A stretch of 64,000 nucleotides of DNA, taken from the NCBI GenBank assembly GCA_963422375.2, contig OY729428.2, forward strand, positions 2,912,001-2,976,000, read 5' to 3'. The notes under the pieces are model-generated. The model had not been told where the DNA came from. It saw only the letters and a program-made list of their open reading frames with translations, and did not search any database. Of this stretch, positions 30,611 through 41,500 are shown piece after piece (the first letter of the stretch is position 1; the number at the start of each line of letters is the position of its first letter). The translations under genes were made by a program, and so were the position numbers. Source of the DNA: Bryobacterales bacterium. GTDB taxonomy: Bacteria > Acidobacteriota > Terriglobia > Bryobacterales > UBA6623.

Positions 30611-31629
30611 AGCTCGGAGTGATCGCGGACAGGCTAGACTGTCGGCTGGAAGGTGATCCGGACCTCGAAATCACCGGGATGGCGGGCCTCGAGGAGGCCG
30701 GTCGGACGGACCTGACATTCCTGTCGAACCCGCGCTACGCCCGTCTGGCGAGCCAGACGGATGCAGCCGCGGTGATCGCGGATGCCCCGATCCGGCGCTC
30801 GGACATCGCCACGCTCGTCTCGTCGAACCCCTATCTGGACTTCGCGCGCGCCTTGGAGCTGTTTCATCCCCCCCGTCGCGAAGAACCCGGGATCCACGAG
30901 ACGGCGGTAGTAGCGGCGACGGCGAAGATCGGTCCCGGGGCGTCGATCGCACCGTACGTCGTCATCGAGGACGACGTCGAAGTCGGCGAGAACGCCGAAC
31001 TCCACCCCCACGTGGTAATCGAGCGCGACTGTCGGATAGGCGATGACTTCGTGGCGCATGCCGGCGTGACCGTGTGCCACGGTTGCGAGGTCGGTGATCG
31101 AGTCGTCTTGCACCAACGCGTCACTGTCGGCTCCGACGGATTCGGATTCGCCCGGCGGGCGGACGGAAGCCACAAGAAGATTCCGCAAACGGGACGGGTC
31201 GCTATTGAAGACGACGTCGAGATCCAGGCGGGCTCGTGCATTGACCGCGCTGCGGTTGGCGAGACCCGGATCGGGCGCGGCGCAATCATCGACAATCTCG
31301 TCCAGATCGGGCATGCGGCCAAGATCGGGGCCAAGACGATTCTGTGCGCCCAAGTCGGGATCGCAGGCAGCACCACCTTGGGCGCGGAGTGCGTTCTCGC
31401 CGGCCAAGTCGGGATCATCAATCACCTCCATATCGGGCAGCGCGTGCTGGTGACAGCCCAGTCAGGCGTCGGGCGAGACCTTCCCGACGGTGCCAAGGTG
31501 TCGGGCTCGCCGGCACTCGACAACCGCCGATGGCTACGCTCGACGGCGGCTTACGCCCGCCTGCCAGACATAGACCGGGAGGTCCGCAAGCTGCGGGCAC
31601 GTGTCGACGACTTGGAAGGCAACTCCTGA
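30607..31629 (+). CDS. lpxD: UDP-3-O-(3-hydroxyacyl)glucosamine N-acyltransferase
   Basis: LTFLSNPRY, NPYLDFA, hexapeptide repeats, GSDGFGF, KIPQTG, IDNLVQIGH, AQVGIAGS. Confidence 0.95.
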   Translation: MKLGVIADRLDCRLEGDPDLEITGMAGLEEAGRTDLTFLSNPRYARLASQTDAAAVIADAPIRRSDIATLVSSNPYLDFARALELFHPPRREEPGIHETAVVAATAKIGPGASIAPYVVIEDDVEVGENAELHPHVVIERDCRIGDDFVAHAGVTVCHGCEVGDRVVLHQRVTVGSDGFGFARRADGSHKKIPQTGRVAIEDDVEIQAGSCIDRAAVGETRIGRGAIIDNLVQIGHAAKIGAKTILCAQVGIAGSTTLGAECVLAGQVGIINHLHIGQRVLVTAQSGVGRDLPDGAKVSGSPALDNRRWLRSTAAYARLPDIDREVRKLRARVDDLEGNS

Positions 31630-31945
31630 TCTTCCGATGTGACCGCGACGGAGGGCGGGTTGCTGACTGCGCCGAGCGCTAAAGGCTTGGAAGCTCAGCC
31701 GAGCGACCGAACGCCCCTTTGCATGGACCGCGGTTCTCGGGCCAGAGACAAATCGACATGCTAGCAGGAATCAGAGAGAAGCCTGTAAGTCTCGGTCGAA
31801 TTTCCGAGCAGCGAGCAAGGGTCAACCCCTCTCCAGAAGCTCAGAGAATGGTGTTATAGCAAGGTGTATATGATTCTACAATCAGGAACATATTCTTGAA
31901 ATTAGACATCTACTCTAACGTGATACTTAATGATTGGGAATTATA

Positions 31946-32204
31946 TAGTGCCCGTGAAAAAACTCGTATCCCCTTGACAACAAAGGGGTTAGGTGCAATC
32001 TCCCAAGGCGAAGATTTCGCTGGAATGTTACGACTAGGCCGAAATCCTGGCGATTCTGGGTAGAGGGCGGAAATCTTCGCGATTGGCGGCTGAGCAACTT
32101 CCGACCTTGGGCGCTATATGTTGTGTTTGCGGCTCCATTCGACCTCAGGATGTAGTATGAAATGCTGATCGGGCCAGAATTCAGGGGTTTTGTCACAAGC
32201 ACTA
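31946..32204. mobile_element. MITE (~259 bp, non-coding) inserted in the IS1595 terminal repeat
   Basis: Imperfect terminal IRs GTGCCCGTGAAAAAACTC (31948-31965) and reverse complement GTGCTTGTGACAAAACCC (32185-32202), both flanked by TATATA. Removing the insert plus one duplication restores the IS IR exactly. Confidence 0.8.
32111..32158. promoter_or_regulatory. Tandem NrdR-box-like motifs inside the MITE
   Basis: GCGCTATATGTTGTGT (32111-32126) and CCTCAGGATGTAGTAT (32143-32158), 32 bp apart. They resemble the NrdR consensus acaCwAtATaTwGtgt; the second box is weaker. Confidence 0.45.
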
Positions 32205-32619
32205 TATATCTGAGTGCCGACAACGCCATGTCCGACGAGAACTGCTGTGAGCAGGGAGGTCGGCGTCTGGCTCGGGTCATTCGAATGCGGCCGCGGTAGG
32301 CACGGCAAGGTGGGATCGTATCTGAATCGAAGCTGCCAGCGGAATGGACGAGGCACGGATAAGAGAGGCCCCCTCGCATGCCCCGGTGGAATCCGGTTGG
32401 CGGTGGAGGGCACCCCTTGCAAGCCGATTGCGTGCCCTCCGAGGGCCGAAGACAGCGGATCCCCGGCGCTCGACGGCCTGCATGGACGGTCCGGGCCGGA
32501 CTCGGGTCGCGCCGGGGGATTCCGGATCCAGCGCGCCCCTCGCACCGAGCGTGAAGCGCATCGAGCGTGAAGCGTGCGTCGGCAGCGGGCTGCGGCGCTC
32601 AGCGCGGAGGGCGCCGCTC

Positions 32620-33443
32620 GGGCCGCGACCGCGGCCTTGCCGGTCAGCTGCCGGTAGGTCAGCGTCCGGCCGACCAAGCCCCGCGCCATGCGCCGCATCT
32701 GTTCCGCCGTGTCGCAGTCGCGGTCGTTGCACCGTCCCGCGAACTCCGTCAGGTAGCGACCCGGATGACGGACGCTCATCCGGTGACAGGTTCCGTAGAG
32801 GCCGCGCTTGAACAGGGACCGGAACGACTCGATGCCGTTCGTATGCGCCGCCCCGCGCACGTACTCGCCGCCGGAGTGCCTGACGGCTTCGTGCGGGAAC
32901 TCCGCCATGCCGGCGTAGGCCGCCGCCTCGTCGGAGCGGACCTGCGCGCCCGGCGCGGGCCTTCTTGCTCTCGTGCTTGTTGCGTTCCTTGCCGCCGACG
33001 CAAGTCTCGTCCACCTCCACCGGGCCGGCGAACAGGCCCTGATCCCGCTCCCAGCACGCGCGGATGCGGTGCGCCAGGTGTCAGGCCGACTTCCGGCTGA
33101 TTCCCAGATCGCGGTGCAGCTTCATGCTCGAGACGCCCTTGATGCCGGTGGTCAGCAGGAACAGGGCCACGGCCCAGGTGCGGTAGCCGAGCTTGGTGTC
33201 GGCCATCACGCTGCCGGTGCGCACGGCAAAGCGCTTGCCGCAGCCGCGGCAACGGTACGGCATCGAAGGGTGGGCCGTGCCGGACTGCACGCTGGAGCCG
33301 CGGCAGCGGGGGCATACCGGACCGTCGGGCCAGCGCATGGAGGCGAACCACTTTCCCGCGGATTCGTCATCGCGGAACATGGCGATCACTTCAATCAGAG
33401 TGATGCCTTTACGAAACCACTTCCCGGGACCTTTCTGCTTCAT
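32620..33443 (-). pseudogene. IS1595 transposase with premature stop and 131-bp internal deletion
   Basis: MRWPDGPVCPRC...YRCRGC (Zn ribbon), GVSSMKLHRDLGI, TGA at 33081 where the copy at the window end has Trp, VEVDET, then a deletion/frameshift at ~32950, then HTNGIESF. Confidence 0.9.
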
Positions 33444-33942
33444 ATACGATCTTATATCTTGGCACTATTCTACCAAGAAAAACTACCGAATGTCAACGGA
33501 ACTCCGGAAGAAAGAGGAAAATATCTAGTGACATGATAATTTGTCGGCTTGGTGCCCTCGGCACTCAGATATATAATTCCCCTTTAGATGCCCGGCGGCC
33601 CCGCACGCCGGCGACTCGATTGGCGACCTCGCCGCGGCCGGCTCGACGGCTCACTTCGAATCCGCGGGGGCGCTTCGCATGGGGTACACGCGAACCGGAC
33701 CTGCCGGGGGCTTGCTATGCGAGGTGTCTCGTCCGCATGAGCAGGTCCCCACACTGGGCATCGAGCGACTACCCCGCTGCGACTGCGCCCCTGCGCCGAA
33801 TCAGGTGCCGCCTTCGCGTGTCTCCGTCGGCGCCGAGTCCAATGCACCGGCATCGACTTCCAGTAAACTCGTTGCGGCTGGTTGCGTCTCGCTGTCCGCT
33901 TCGCCACTCGAAGCCCCGCCCAGTTCAGGGCCACCGCCTCCA

Positions 33943-35472
33943 ATGCAGAAACTCATCGTTCTTGGCTCGCTGCTGGCCGCCGCCGCCCTCGCCCAGCCGA
34001 CCGAATTTCCCGTCAGCCTCCGCCAAGGGATCATGGCCGGAGAAGTAGCCGAGAACTCGGCGCTTCTGCAATCCCGGCTCACTTCGTCCGACCCCCTCCA
34101 AGATCCGCGCTGGGAGGGCGTGCGGGGCATCCGGGGCTGGGCCCACTTCGAAATCGCCGACAACGAGGCGTTTGAAGGCGCGCACCTGACGGATTGGATC
34201 GAGGCGTCGCCGTATTCCGACTTCATCGTCAAGCGCAAGGTCGGTGACCTGGATCCTGCCACGCGCTACTACTACCGGCTGCACTACGGCCAGGCGAAGG
34301 ACAGCTCCCGGACATCCGAGACCGCCACGTTTCGGACCTTGGCGGGCGGCGAGATCGCGGCCCCGTACAGCTTCGCCGTAGTCACCGGCATGAACTACTC
34401 ATTCTTTCACTTCACCGGGAGCAGCCGCCTCGGCCCGTACGAGGGTCCGGACAAGGATCTGGGCTATCCGGCCCTCGCCTCGATCCTCAAGCTGCGGCCC
34501 GACTTCTTCGTCGGCACCGGGGACAACGTCTACTACGACCACCCCGGCCATCGCGGTCGTGCCCAGACTCTCCACGAGATGCGCCGGAAGCACCACGAGC
34601 AGTACTCGCAGCCGCGCTTTCTCGACCTCTTCAAGAGCGTCGCGACCTACTGGATGAAGGACGACCACGACCACCGCTTCGACGATTCCGACGCGGTGAA
34701 CGCCGTTCGGATCCGCGCCTCCAAGCAGCTGGACTACTACCCGCGCACCAACATCCACGAGGGCGAGTCGGGCTCCGGCTTTCTCCCCTCCCACGATCTG
34801 GGAATCCAAGTCTTCCAAGAGCAGCTCCCCGTAGTCGACCCCGCAGAACGCGACCCGGTGACCTACCGCACACATCGGGTCAGCCGCGACCTGCAGGTAT
34901 GGCTTGTCGAGGGCCGCGACTACCGCAGTCCGCTGGATCAGCCCGACGGTCCCCGCAAGACCATCTGGGGCGAAGTGCAGAAGAAGTGGCTGCTGAGGAC
35001 TCTCGCGGAAAGCGACGCTACCTTCAAGCTATTGCTCTCCGCCACGCCGATGGTCGGACCCGACTCCAGCAGCAAGCGGGACAACCACACCAACATCAAC
35101 GGATACCGCCACGAGGGAGACGAGTTCTTCCGCCGCCTCGCCGAGAGCGGCGTCAGCGCGTCGGAATTCTTCGTGGCCTGCGGGGACCGCCACTGGCAGT
35201 ACCATTCGATCCGTCCCGACGGCTACGAAGAGTTCTCGTCCGGCGCCCTGGTCGACGCCAATGCCATCCTCGGGAGCTTCCCCGGCGACCCCGATACGAC
35301 GGATCCCGAGGGCAGGATCGAGCAGCCCTTCCACTCGCCCGAGGCAAGCGGGGGCTTCCTCGTGATCTCTGTCGTGCCCGACGGGGCCTCGGCACGGGCC
35401 GAGTTCCGCTTCTACGACGAGAAGGGCATGCTGCTCTACGAGCATGTGAAGACCGCGATCTCCGCGCGCTGA
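33943..35472 (+). CDS. phoD: Alkaline phosphatase D family protein
   Basis: Signal peptide, DLDPATRYYYR (Fn3-like N domain), GTGDNVYYD, KDDHD, RDYRS, CGDRH metal-binding motifs. Confidence 0.85.
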   Translation: MQKLIVLGSLLAAAALAQPTEFPVSLRQGIMAGEVAENSALLQSRLTSSDPLQDPRWEGVRGIRGWAHFEIADNEAFEGAHLTDWIEASPYSDFIVKRKVGDLDPATRYYYRLHYGQAKDSSRTSETATFRTLAGGEIAAPYSFAVVTGMNYSFFHFTGSSRLGPYEGPDKDLGYPALASILKLRPDFFVGTGDNVYYDHPGHRGRAQTLHEMRRKHHEQYSQPRFLDLFKSVATYWMKDDHDHRFDDSDAVNAVRIRASKQLDYYPRTNIHEGESGSGFLPSHDLGIQVFQEQLPVVDPAERDPVTYRTHRVSRDLQVWLVEGRDYRSPLDQPDGPRKTIWGEVQKKWLLRTLAESDATFKLLLSATPMVGPDSSSKRDNHTNINGYRHEGDEFFRRLAESGVSASEFFVACGDRHWQYHSIRPDGYEEFSSGALVDANAILGSFPGDPDTTDPEGRIEQPFHSPEASGGFLVISVVPDGASARAEFRFYDEKGMLLYEHVKTAISAR

Positions 35473-35485
35473 CCTCCGGGGGCGT

Positions 35486-36843
35486 TCATACGATCGGGAA
35501 GAACGTCGCCCCTAGGTAGGAAGCCAGCAGCCCCGCGCCTCCCAAGGCGAACAGGGACACGGTCTTCGTCTTGAGAGCCTCGACCTCCGTCAGCCCGGTC
35601 ATCGTCTTGAATACCCAGAAGCCGGAATCGTTCATCCAGCCGCCCACGATAGATCCCGCTCCGATTGCCGTCAGGATGTAGACCGCGTGATGGCCCGGCG
35701 GGCTTGCGATGATCAGCGGCGCTAGGATCTCGGACGTGGTGATCATGGCGGTGGTCGCGGAGCCTTGGGCGATGCGGAACAGCATCGAAACACCGAACCC
35801 GAGCAGCATGAGCGAGAGGCCCACTGCTGAGCGTACTCCCCGAGCACTGTCCCGACCTCGGCCTTGACCAGCATCCTTCCGAAGGCGCCTCCGCCCGCGG
35901 TGATTAGGATGATCAGGCCCGCGCTCTTGATCGCCTCCTCGGTGGGCTTCGCCAGCTGCCGCAGGGTCAGACCCTTGTGGGAGGCGAGCAGCCACAGCCC
36001 GGCGGCCGCGGCGATGATCAGCGCTAGGTTGGGATTGCCGAGAAAGGCCGTCACCCCGGCCAGCGCGCTGCCTGCGAAGAACGTGTTCGTAATGGTGTTG
36101 GCGGTGATCAGGATCACTGGTATCGCGATCGGCATGAGGGACACGAAGAAGCCCGGCAGCTCGCTCTCGGGCCGGTTGGCCACCTCCCGCAGTTCCTGCA
36201 GGCTCAGCCCGGGCGCTTCCCGGATCGGAATGTCGAGCTTGCGGTCGATCCACCACGCGTAGGCCCAGCACGCCAAGGCCGACGGCACGGCGACCAGGAG
36301 CCCGACGATGATCACCACGCCCAAGTCGATGCCGAGTGTCTCGGCCATCGCCAGCGGACCCGGCGTGGGCGGCACGAAGATGTGGGTCGTGACGCCGCCC
36401 GCTCCGATCGCCAAGGTGTACAGGAGGTAGTTGCGGCCGCCCGTGCGCATGCTCATCGACCGCGCCAGCGGCACGAGCAGATAGAAGACCGTGTCGTGGA
36501 AGACCGGGATAGACAGGATGTAGCCGCTTATCACCATCGAGAACGAGGAGTACTTCTCCCCGAGCCAAGCCACGAAGCGCCGGGTGATCTTCTCCGCACC
36601 GCCGCTCTGCATCAGGCACTGCCCGATGACGGCGGCCATCGAGATGGCGATGCCGATGCGGCCCACCAGTCCGCCGAACGCCTCGGTAACGGCTCCCATG
36701 ATGTCTTCGATGGCCACCTCGGGCGACAGGAGCCCGATCAGGATCGCGGACAGGATGAGGGCGGCGAAGGCGTTGACCTTCCAGCGAATGATCAGCAGGA
36801 AGACCGCCGCCATTGCGATCAAGAGAATCAGGATGGGATGCAT
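35486..36843 (-). pseudogene. GntP (gluconate:H+ symporter) family permease with a single-base frameshift near 35820
   Basis: SGGAEKI, IPVFHD, HIFVPPTPGP, ITAGGGAFG in one frame. RIAQGSATTAM...MNDSGFWV in the adjacent frame. One G missing in a G run (TGGG CTC) would restore WGLS, so this may be a sequencing error. Confidence 0.8.
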
Positions 36844-36889
36844 GGGACTTCCGAACAGCATATATCGGATTGCTATCCTGAATCGGACC

Positions 36890-37666
36890 ATGGCTGACGC
36901 GAACCTCAAGATCGACGCCGGGGCGCCGATCACCGTCCTCACGTTGGCGAATCCCGGGCATCGCAACGCCCTCTCGCTCGAGCTGATGGCGACCGTGACC
37001 GAGACAGTCCGACGAATCGGCGCGGACGCCGCGGTGCGGGCGGTCATCCTCCGCGCCGAAGGTTCGGTGTTCTCTTCCGGGCACGACCTGCGAGAGATGA
37101 CCGGCGGAGACCTGAGGCACTACAGGCACGTCTTCGACGTATGCACGGAGATGATGGAGGCAATCCAGGGGATTCCCCAGCCGGTGATCGCCCAAGTGGA
37201 CGGAATCGCGACCGCCGCGGGCTGCCAGCTCGTCGCCACATGCGACCTCGCGCTCGCTTCGGCTGAATCGCGGTTCGCGACTCCGGGCGTGAAGATCGGG
37301 CTCTTCTGCAGCACTCCGATGGTCGCGCTGACCCGCAGCATCGGGCGGAAGCGCGCGCTCGAGATGCTGATGACGGGCGAAATGATCGACGCCGGCCGCG
37401 CGGCCGAGTGGGGCTTGATCAACCGGGTCGTTCCTCGCGACGGGCTCGCGGAGGCTACCTGGGAGCTCGCTCGCAGCATCGCCGGCGCGAGCAGCCTGAC
37501 CGTCGGGCTGGGCAAGCAGGCGTTCTACTCGCAAATCGACCTGGACCAGCCCAAGGCGTACGACTACGCCAAGGAAGTGATGAGCATGAACGCGCTCGCT
37601 GCCGACGCGCAAGAAGGGATGTGCGCCTTTCTGGAGAAGCGACCGCCCGTGTGGACTGGCAACTGA
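36890..37666 (+). CDS. Enoyl-CoA hydratase/isomerase family protein
   Basis: RNALS, VFSSGHDL, PQPVIAQVDGIATAAGCQL, FATPGVKIGLFCSTP, DAQEGMCAFLEKR. Confidence 0.92.
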   Translation: MADANLKIDAGAPITVLTLANPGHRNALSLELMATVTETVRRIGADAAVRAVILRAEGSVFSSGHDLREMTGGDLRHYRHVFDVCTEMMEAIQGIPQPVIAQVDGIATAAGCQLVATCDLALASAESRFATPGVKIGLFCSTPMVALTRSIGRKRALEMLMTGEMIDAGRAAEWGLINRVVPRDGLAEATWELARSIAGASSLTVGLGKQAFYSQIDLDQPKAYDYAKEVMSMNALAADAQEGMCAFLEKRPPVWTGN

Positions 37667-38379
37667 CTCTTCCGTGCGCCGCCGGGGCGCACCGGAATCT
37701 GCTGGGGTCACCGCAAACGCCAGGTGCTCGAATCGGACACCCGTCGGCGCGCGGTCGGTGGCCGGTTGGCACAGCGACAGTGCCGCGGCTCCGGCACCTT
37801 CGGGACCGCCATTGCAACGGGATTGCCCAGAGGCCCGGCCACGCAACCGTCCGGGTCTCGAAGGGGCATCAGCGCAAGGGCAGGCCGCCTTTAGCAAATC
37901 GGTCGCTTTGCCAGGCCGTCGGACGGCGCCGCGGAGGCAGTCCTCGCGCGGCCGATCGGAACGGAGCCTGCCGCGGGCGGGCTCGCACTCGAATTGCTGG
38001 CCGGGAGCGGCGACGGCCGAGCGCCTGCGCAAGCGGAATCGCGGACCCTTTTCCGATGCGGGGCGATGCCCGATGCGCGCGGGGTGTTCGCGGCCCGAGA
38101 CAGACGCGGCCTCGCCGACTCCCGGACGGAGCGGGGACGAACGCGCCGGATTTCCAAGCGCAGCTTGAAGCGTCGCTAGCGTGAAGCACCCGGACGGAGC
38201 TGGACTGCGTCCTGTTCGGGTCCGACATCCGCGCGGTCCGTGCAGCTTGCCGGGCCGACCCGGCCGCGATGGCCTCCCTCGATCAGGGTCCGTTGCCGGG
38301 CAGGGCGACAGCCCCTGGTGCCGCTGACAAGTACCATCTGGGTTCCCCGGTCGGCGCGGCTGGCCAATCGGGCAGGGGC

Positions 38380-38409
38380 TTGACGGAGTCCAAACCGTTG
38401 GCATACTAT
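38380..38409 (+). promoter_or_regulatory. Candidate sigma70 promoter for the TonB-dependent receptor
   Basis: TTGACG-N18-TACTAT in an otherwise GC-rich intergenic region, ~140 bp upstream of the ATG. Confidence 0.5.
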
Positions 38410-38546
38410 GGCGTCACGTCGGCATTTAGGCCGAGGCCCCTCACCGAGCGCATTGCTGCCTTGTCGCCGCCGGAGAACGCGGCGTATCGGCGCGGCCGAC
38501 TGGGTGGCCGATGGGATATCAAGAACGAGAGGAGAGTCTTTCTAGA

Positions 38547-41500
38547 ATGAGAACGCAAGCCTGCCTGCTGGCAACCCTCGGCTTGCTGGGCTTGGTGCCG
38601 CTAGCGGTAGCCCAACAAGCCGACACGGCGTTGATCGTCGGAACGGTCTCGGACACCACTGGGGCCGTGATCCCGGGTGTCAACATTACATTCAACAATG
38701 TGGAGACGGGCATCGCCTCCACCGCTCAGACCAACGAGTCTGGCGCGTACCGATCCAACCCCCTCCGGATCGGCACCTATATCGTGGTCGTCGAGGCGGA
38801 TGGCTTCAAGACCTACTCCGGTTCGGGCGTATCGCTGTCGATCGGCGACGTGCGCGAACTCAATGTCTCACTGGAAGTGGGCGCAGTCACCGAGGTCATC
38901 GAGGTGGAAGCGACGGCCCCGCTGCTCCAGACCACCGAGGCCTCGGCAGGAACGGTCATCGAGAACCGCCAGATCGTCGATCTTCCGCTGAACGGGCGGG
39001 ACTACTTGCAGCTGGCTGTCATCTCGGCCGGCACGGCCCCGCCACGCGGCCAGGGCATCTCGATCGGCGGCCAGCGGAGCACCGAAGTCAGCTTCATGAT
39101 CGACGGGGTCGACAACAACAATCAGTCGATCGCTTCCCAAGGGAACCAGAAGGAGGTCGTCAAGCCCTCGATCGACGCCCTCGCGGAGTTCAAGGTCATC
39201 ACCAACGGATTCTCGGCCGAGTACGGCAAGTCCTCGTCCGGCATCGTGTCCCTAGCGATCAAGTCGGGGACCAACGAGCTGCACGGCACGGGCTTCTACT
39301 TCATGCGGCACGAATCGCTTGACGCGTTGAATTACTTTCACCCGAAGGGCGTGCCCAAGCCCCAGTTCGGGCGGAAGCAGTACGGCTTCGCCGTGGGAGG
39401 GCCGATCAAGAGGAACAAGTCGTTCCTGTTCGGTGACGTCGAATGGACGGACATCCGGGAGACCTCGACGTTCGTCAGCCACATCCCGACGGCGGAGATG
39501 CGGAAGGGCAATCTCGCCGAGGACATTTCCAATGCGATTCACGATCCGCTGACCTGGGACGGCTCGATGCGTCAGCCGTTCGCCAACAACCTCATCCCGG
39601 AGCACCGCTTCGACCGCATATCCAATGTAGTAAGGAACTGGTACCCCGACCCCGATGCGCCGGGCATCCGTCGGAACTTCACCTTCCAGACGCCTCGGAA
39701 CAGGGACAACTACAAGTGGGACCTCCGCTTCGATCACAACTTCAGCGAAGCGGACAATCTCTTCGCCCGTTGGAGCGCCCAGCAGCAGCTGCGAGGCAGC
39801 ACGCCGGCGCTGCCGCCGACGGAATTCGGATCCATGACTCCCGGCGCGGGGAACGACGTCACGAGCAACAACGTGGCTGTCGGCTGGAACCGGATTTGGA
39901 GCCCCTCGCTGATCTCGAACTTCAGGGTCGGGTGGAACTACATTGACACCGACGTCGAGATTCACGACGACGTTCCCGGTAACATCAACTCCGAACTGGG
40001 TCTTCCGCGGTTCAACAACGGCTTGCGCGGGTTCATCTTCACCGGCATCGTGGGCTACAGGTCGCTGGGCAACAGCAATTGGAATCCGAACCTGATCCAA
40101 TCGCAGACGCGGCAGTTCTCCGCCGACAACACCTGGACCAGAGGCAACCACGCCATCAAGTTCGGCACGCAGCTGTTCTTCCTCCAGAGCTTCATCGACA
40201 ACCCGCAGACCGCCTTGGGCCGGATCGTTTTCCGACCGACCTTCACGGCTAGGAGCCCGACCGAAACCGCGAGCACCGGGGAGGCGTTCGGCGATTTCCT
40301 TCTGGGCTACGGCAACGAAGTCTGGGCTTCCAACACGGTGTACATGAACATGCGGTCGCCGTTCGTGCATTTCTATGTCCAAGACGACTGGAAGGTGAAC
40401 GACAGGCTGACCCTCAATCTTGGCCTGCGCTACGAGTACAACGCTCCGTGGACGGAAACGAAGGACGCCATCGGCGTGTTCGACCGGAACGGCGGACCGC
40501 GAGAACATAGTTCCTGGCAGGGATTCACGCGAGTCGCCAACCAAGATGGGAATTCGCGTTCGATTATCTCGCCCGACTATCTCAATTTCGGGCCGCGGCT
40601 CGGTTTCGCGTACAAGATCGCCGAGAAGACGGTGTTCCGCGTGGCGTACGGCATCTTCTACGGCAGCTTCTCGAACACGGGCGGCGGGGAGTTCATGGAA
40701 ACTCAGCCGCCGTTCCATTTCAAGGTGACGCTGAGATCCAACACCGAGATTCCGGAATTCCCGTTCGCGGACGGATTGCCGCCCGGATCCATCTCCGCCG
40801 CCAACGCGCAAGACGTGCAGATGTCCGCATGGGACTTGAACCCCGACCAGCCGATGGCCCAGAACTGGAACTTCAACCTGCAGCACTCGATGCCGGGCGA
40901 CGCATTGCTCGAAGTCGGTTACTTCGGCAACAAGATGAACCACATGATGGGGCGCTGGGACGACAACCAGCCTCGCCCCGGCCAGACGGTCTACGACCCT
41001 GTCCAAAGGCGCGAGTTCGGACCGAATTTCATCAACCAGCGCCGCCCGTGGCGCTACACTCACGTGCCCAGCGCGAGGCGGGGCGATGTGGAGTTCCCAG
41101 GGAGCAGCGAGAACGAATTCATCACGCTAGGACAGTCCAACACCCACTCGAACCGCTGGAACTCTCTGTACCACGGACTGCAGGCGAAGCTCGAGAAGCG
41201 CTATTCCCGCGGTCTCACCTACATCGCGTCGTACACCTGGTCGCACGCCATCGGTGACTGGCGGTCCATTCCCGGTTCCGGAGGGTCACCCGGCGAGAAC
41301 GCCCGCTACGTCCTCGACACGCTCGACCTGTCGAGGGAACGCGGTCCTACGCCCCAGGACATGCGCCATCGCTTCGTCGGCAGCGTCGTCTACGAGCTGC
41401 CGTTCGGGCAGGGCAAGCGATTCGGCAGCGGCTGGGGGACCGCGATGGACGCGGTTATCGGCGGATGGTCGGTCGGCACGATCTCGACGTTTACCACCGG

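Larger units (their letters stand above)
31936..33581 (-). mobile_element. IS1595-family (ISNwi1-like) element, non-autonomous, right IR split by a MITE
   Basis: Left IR GGGAATTATATATCTGAGTGCCGA (reverse complement of 33558-33581). Right IR split into GGGAATTATATA (31936-31947) and TATATATCTGAGTGCCGA (32203-32220). The flanking 8-mers do not match, so no TSD is visible. Confidence 0.85.

Noticed and set aside
35486..38404. 972-aa minus-strand ORF and similar long ORFs (39252..41063, 42504..44618, 54700..56628)
   Set aside because: These are shadow frames of GC-rich genes, rich in Arg/Gly/Pro. Only short parts are real (the GntP C-terminus and part of the IS66 transposase).
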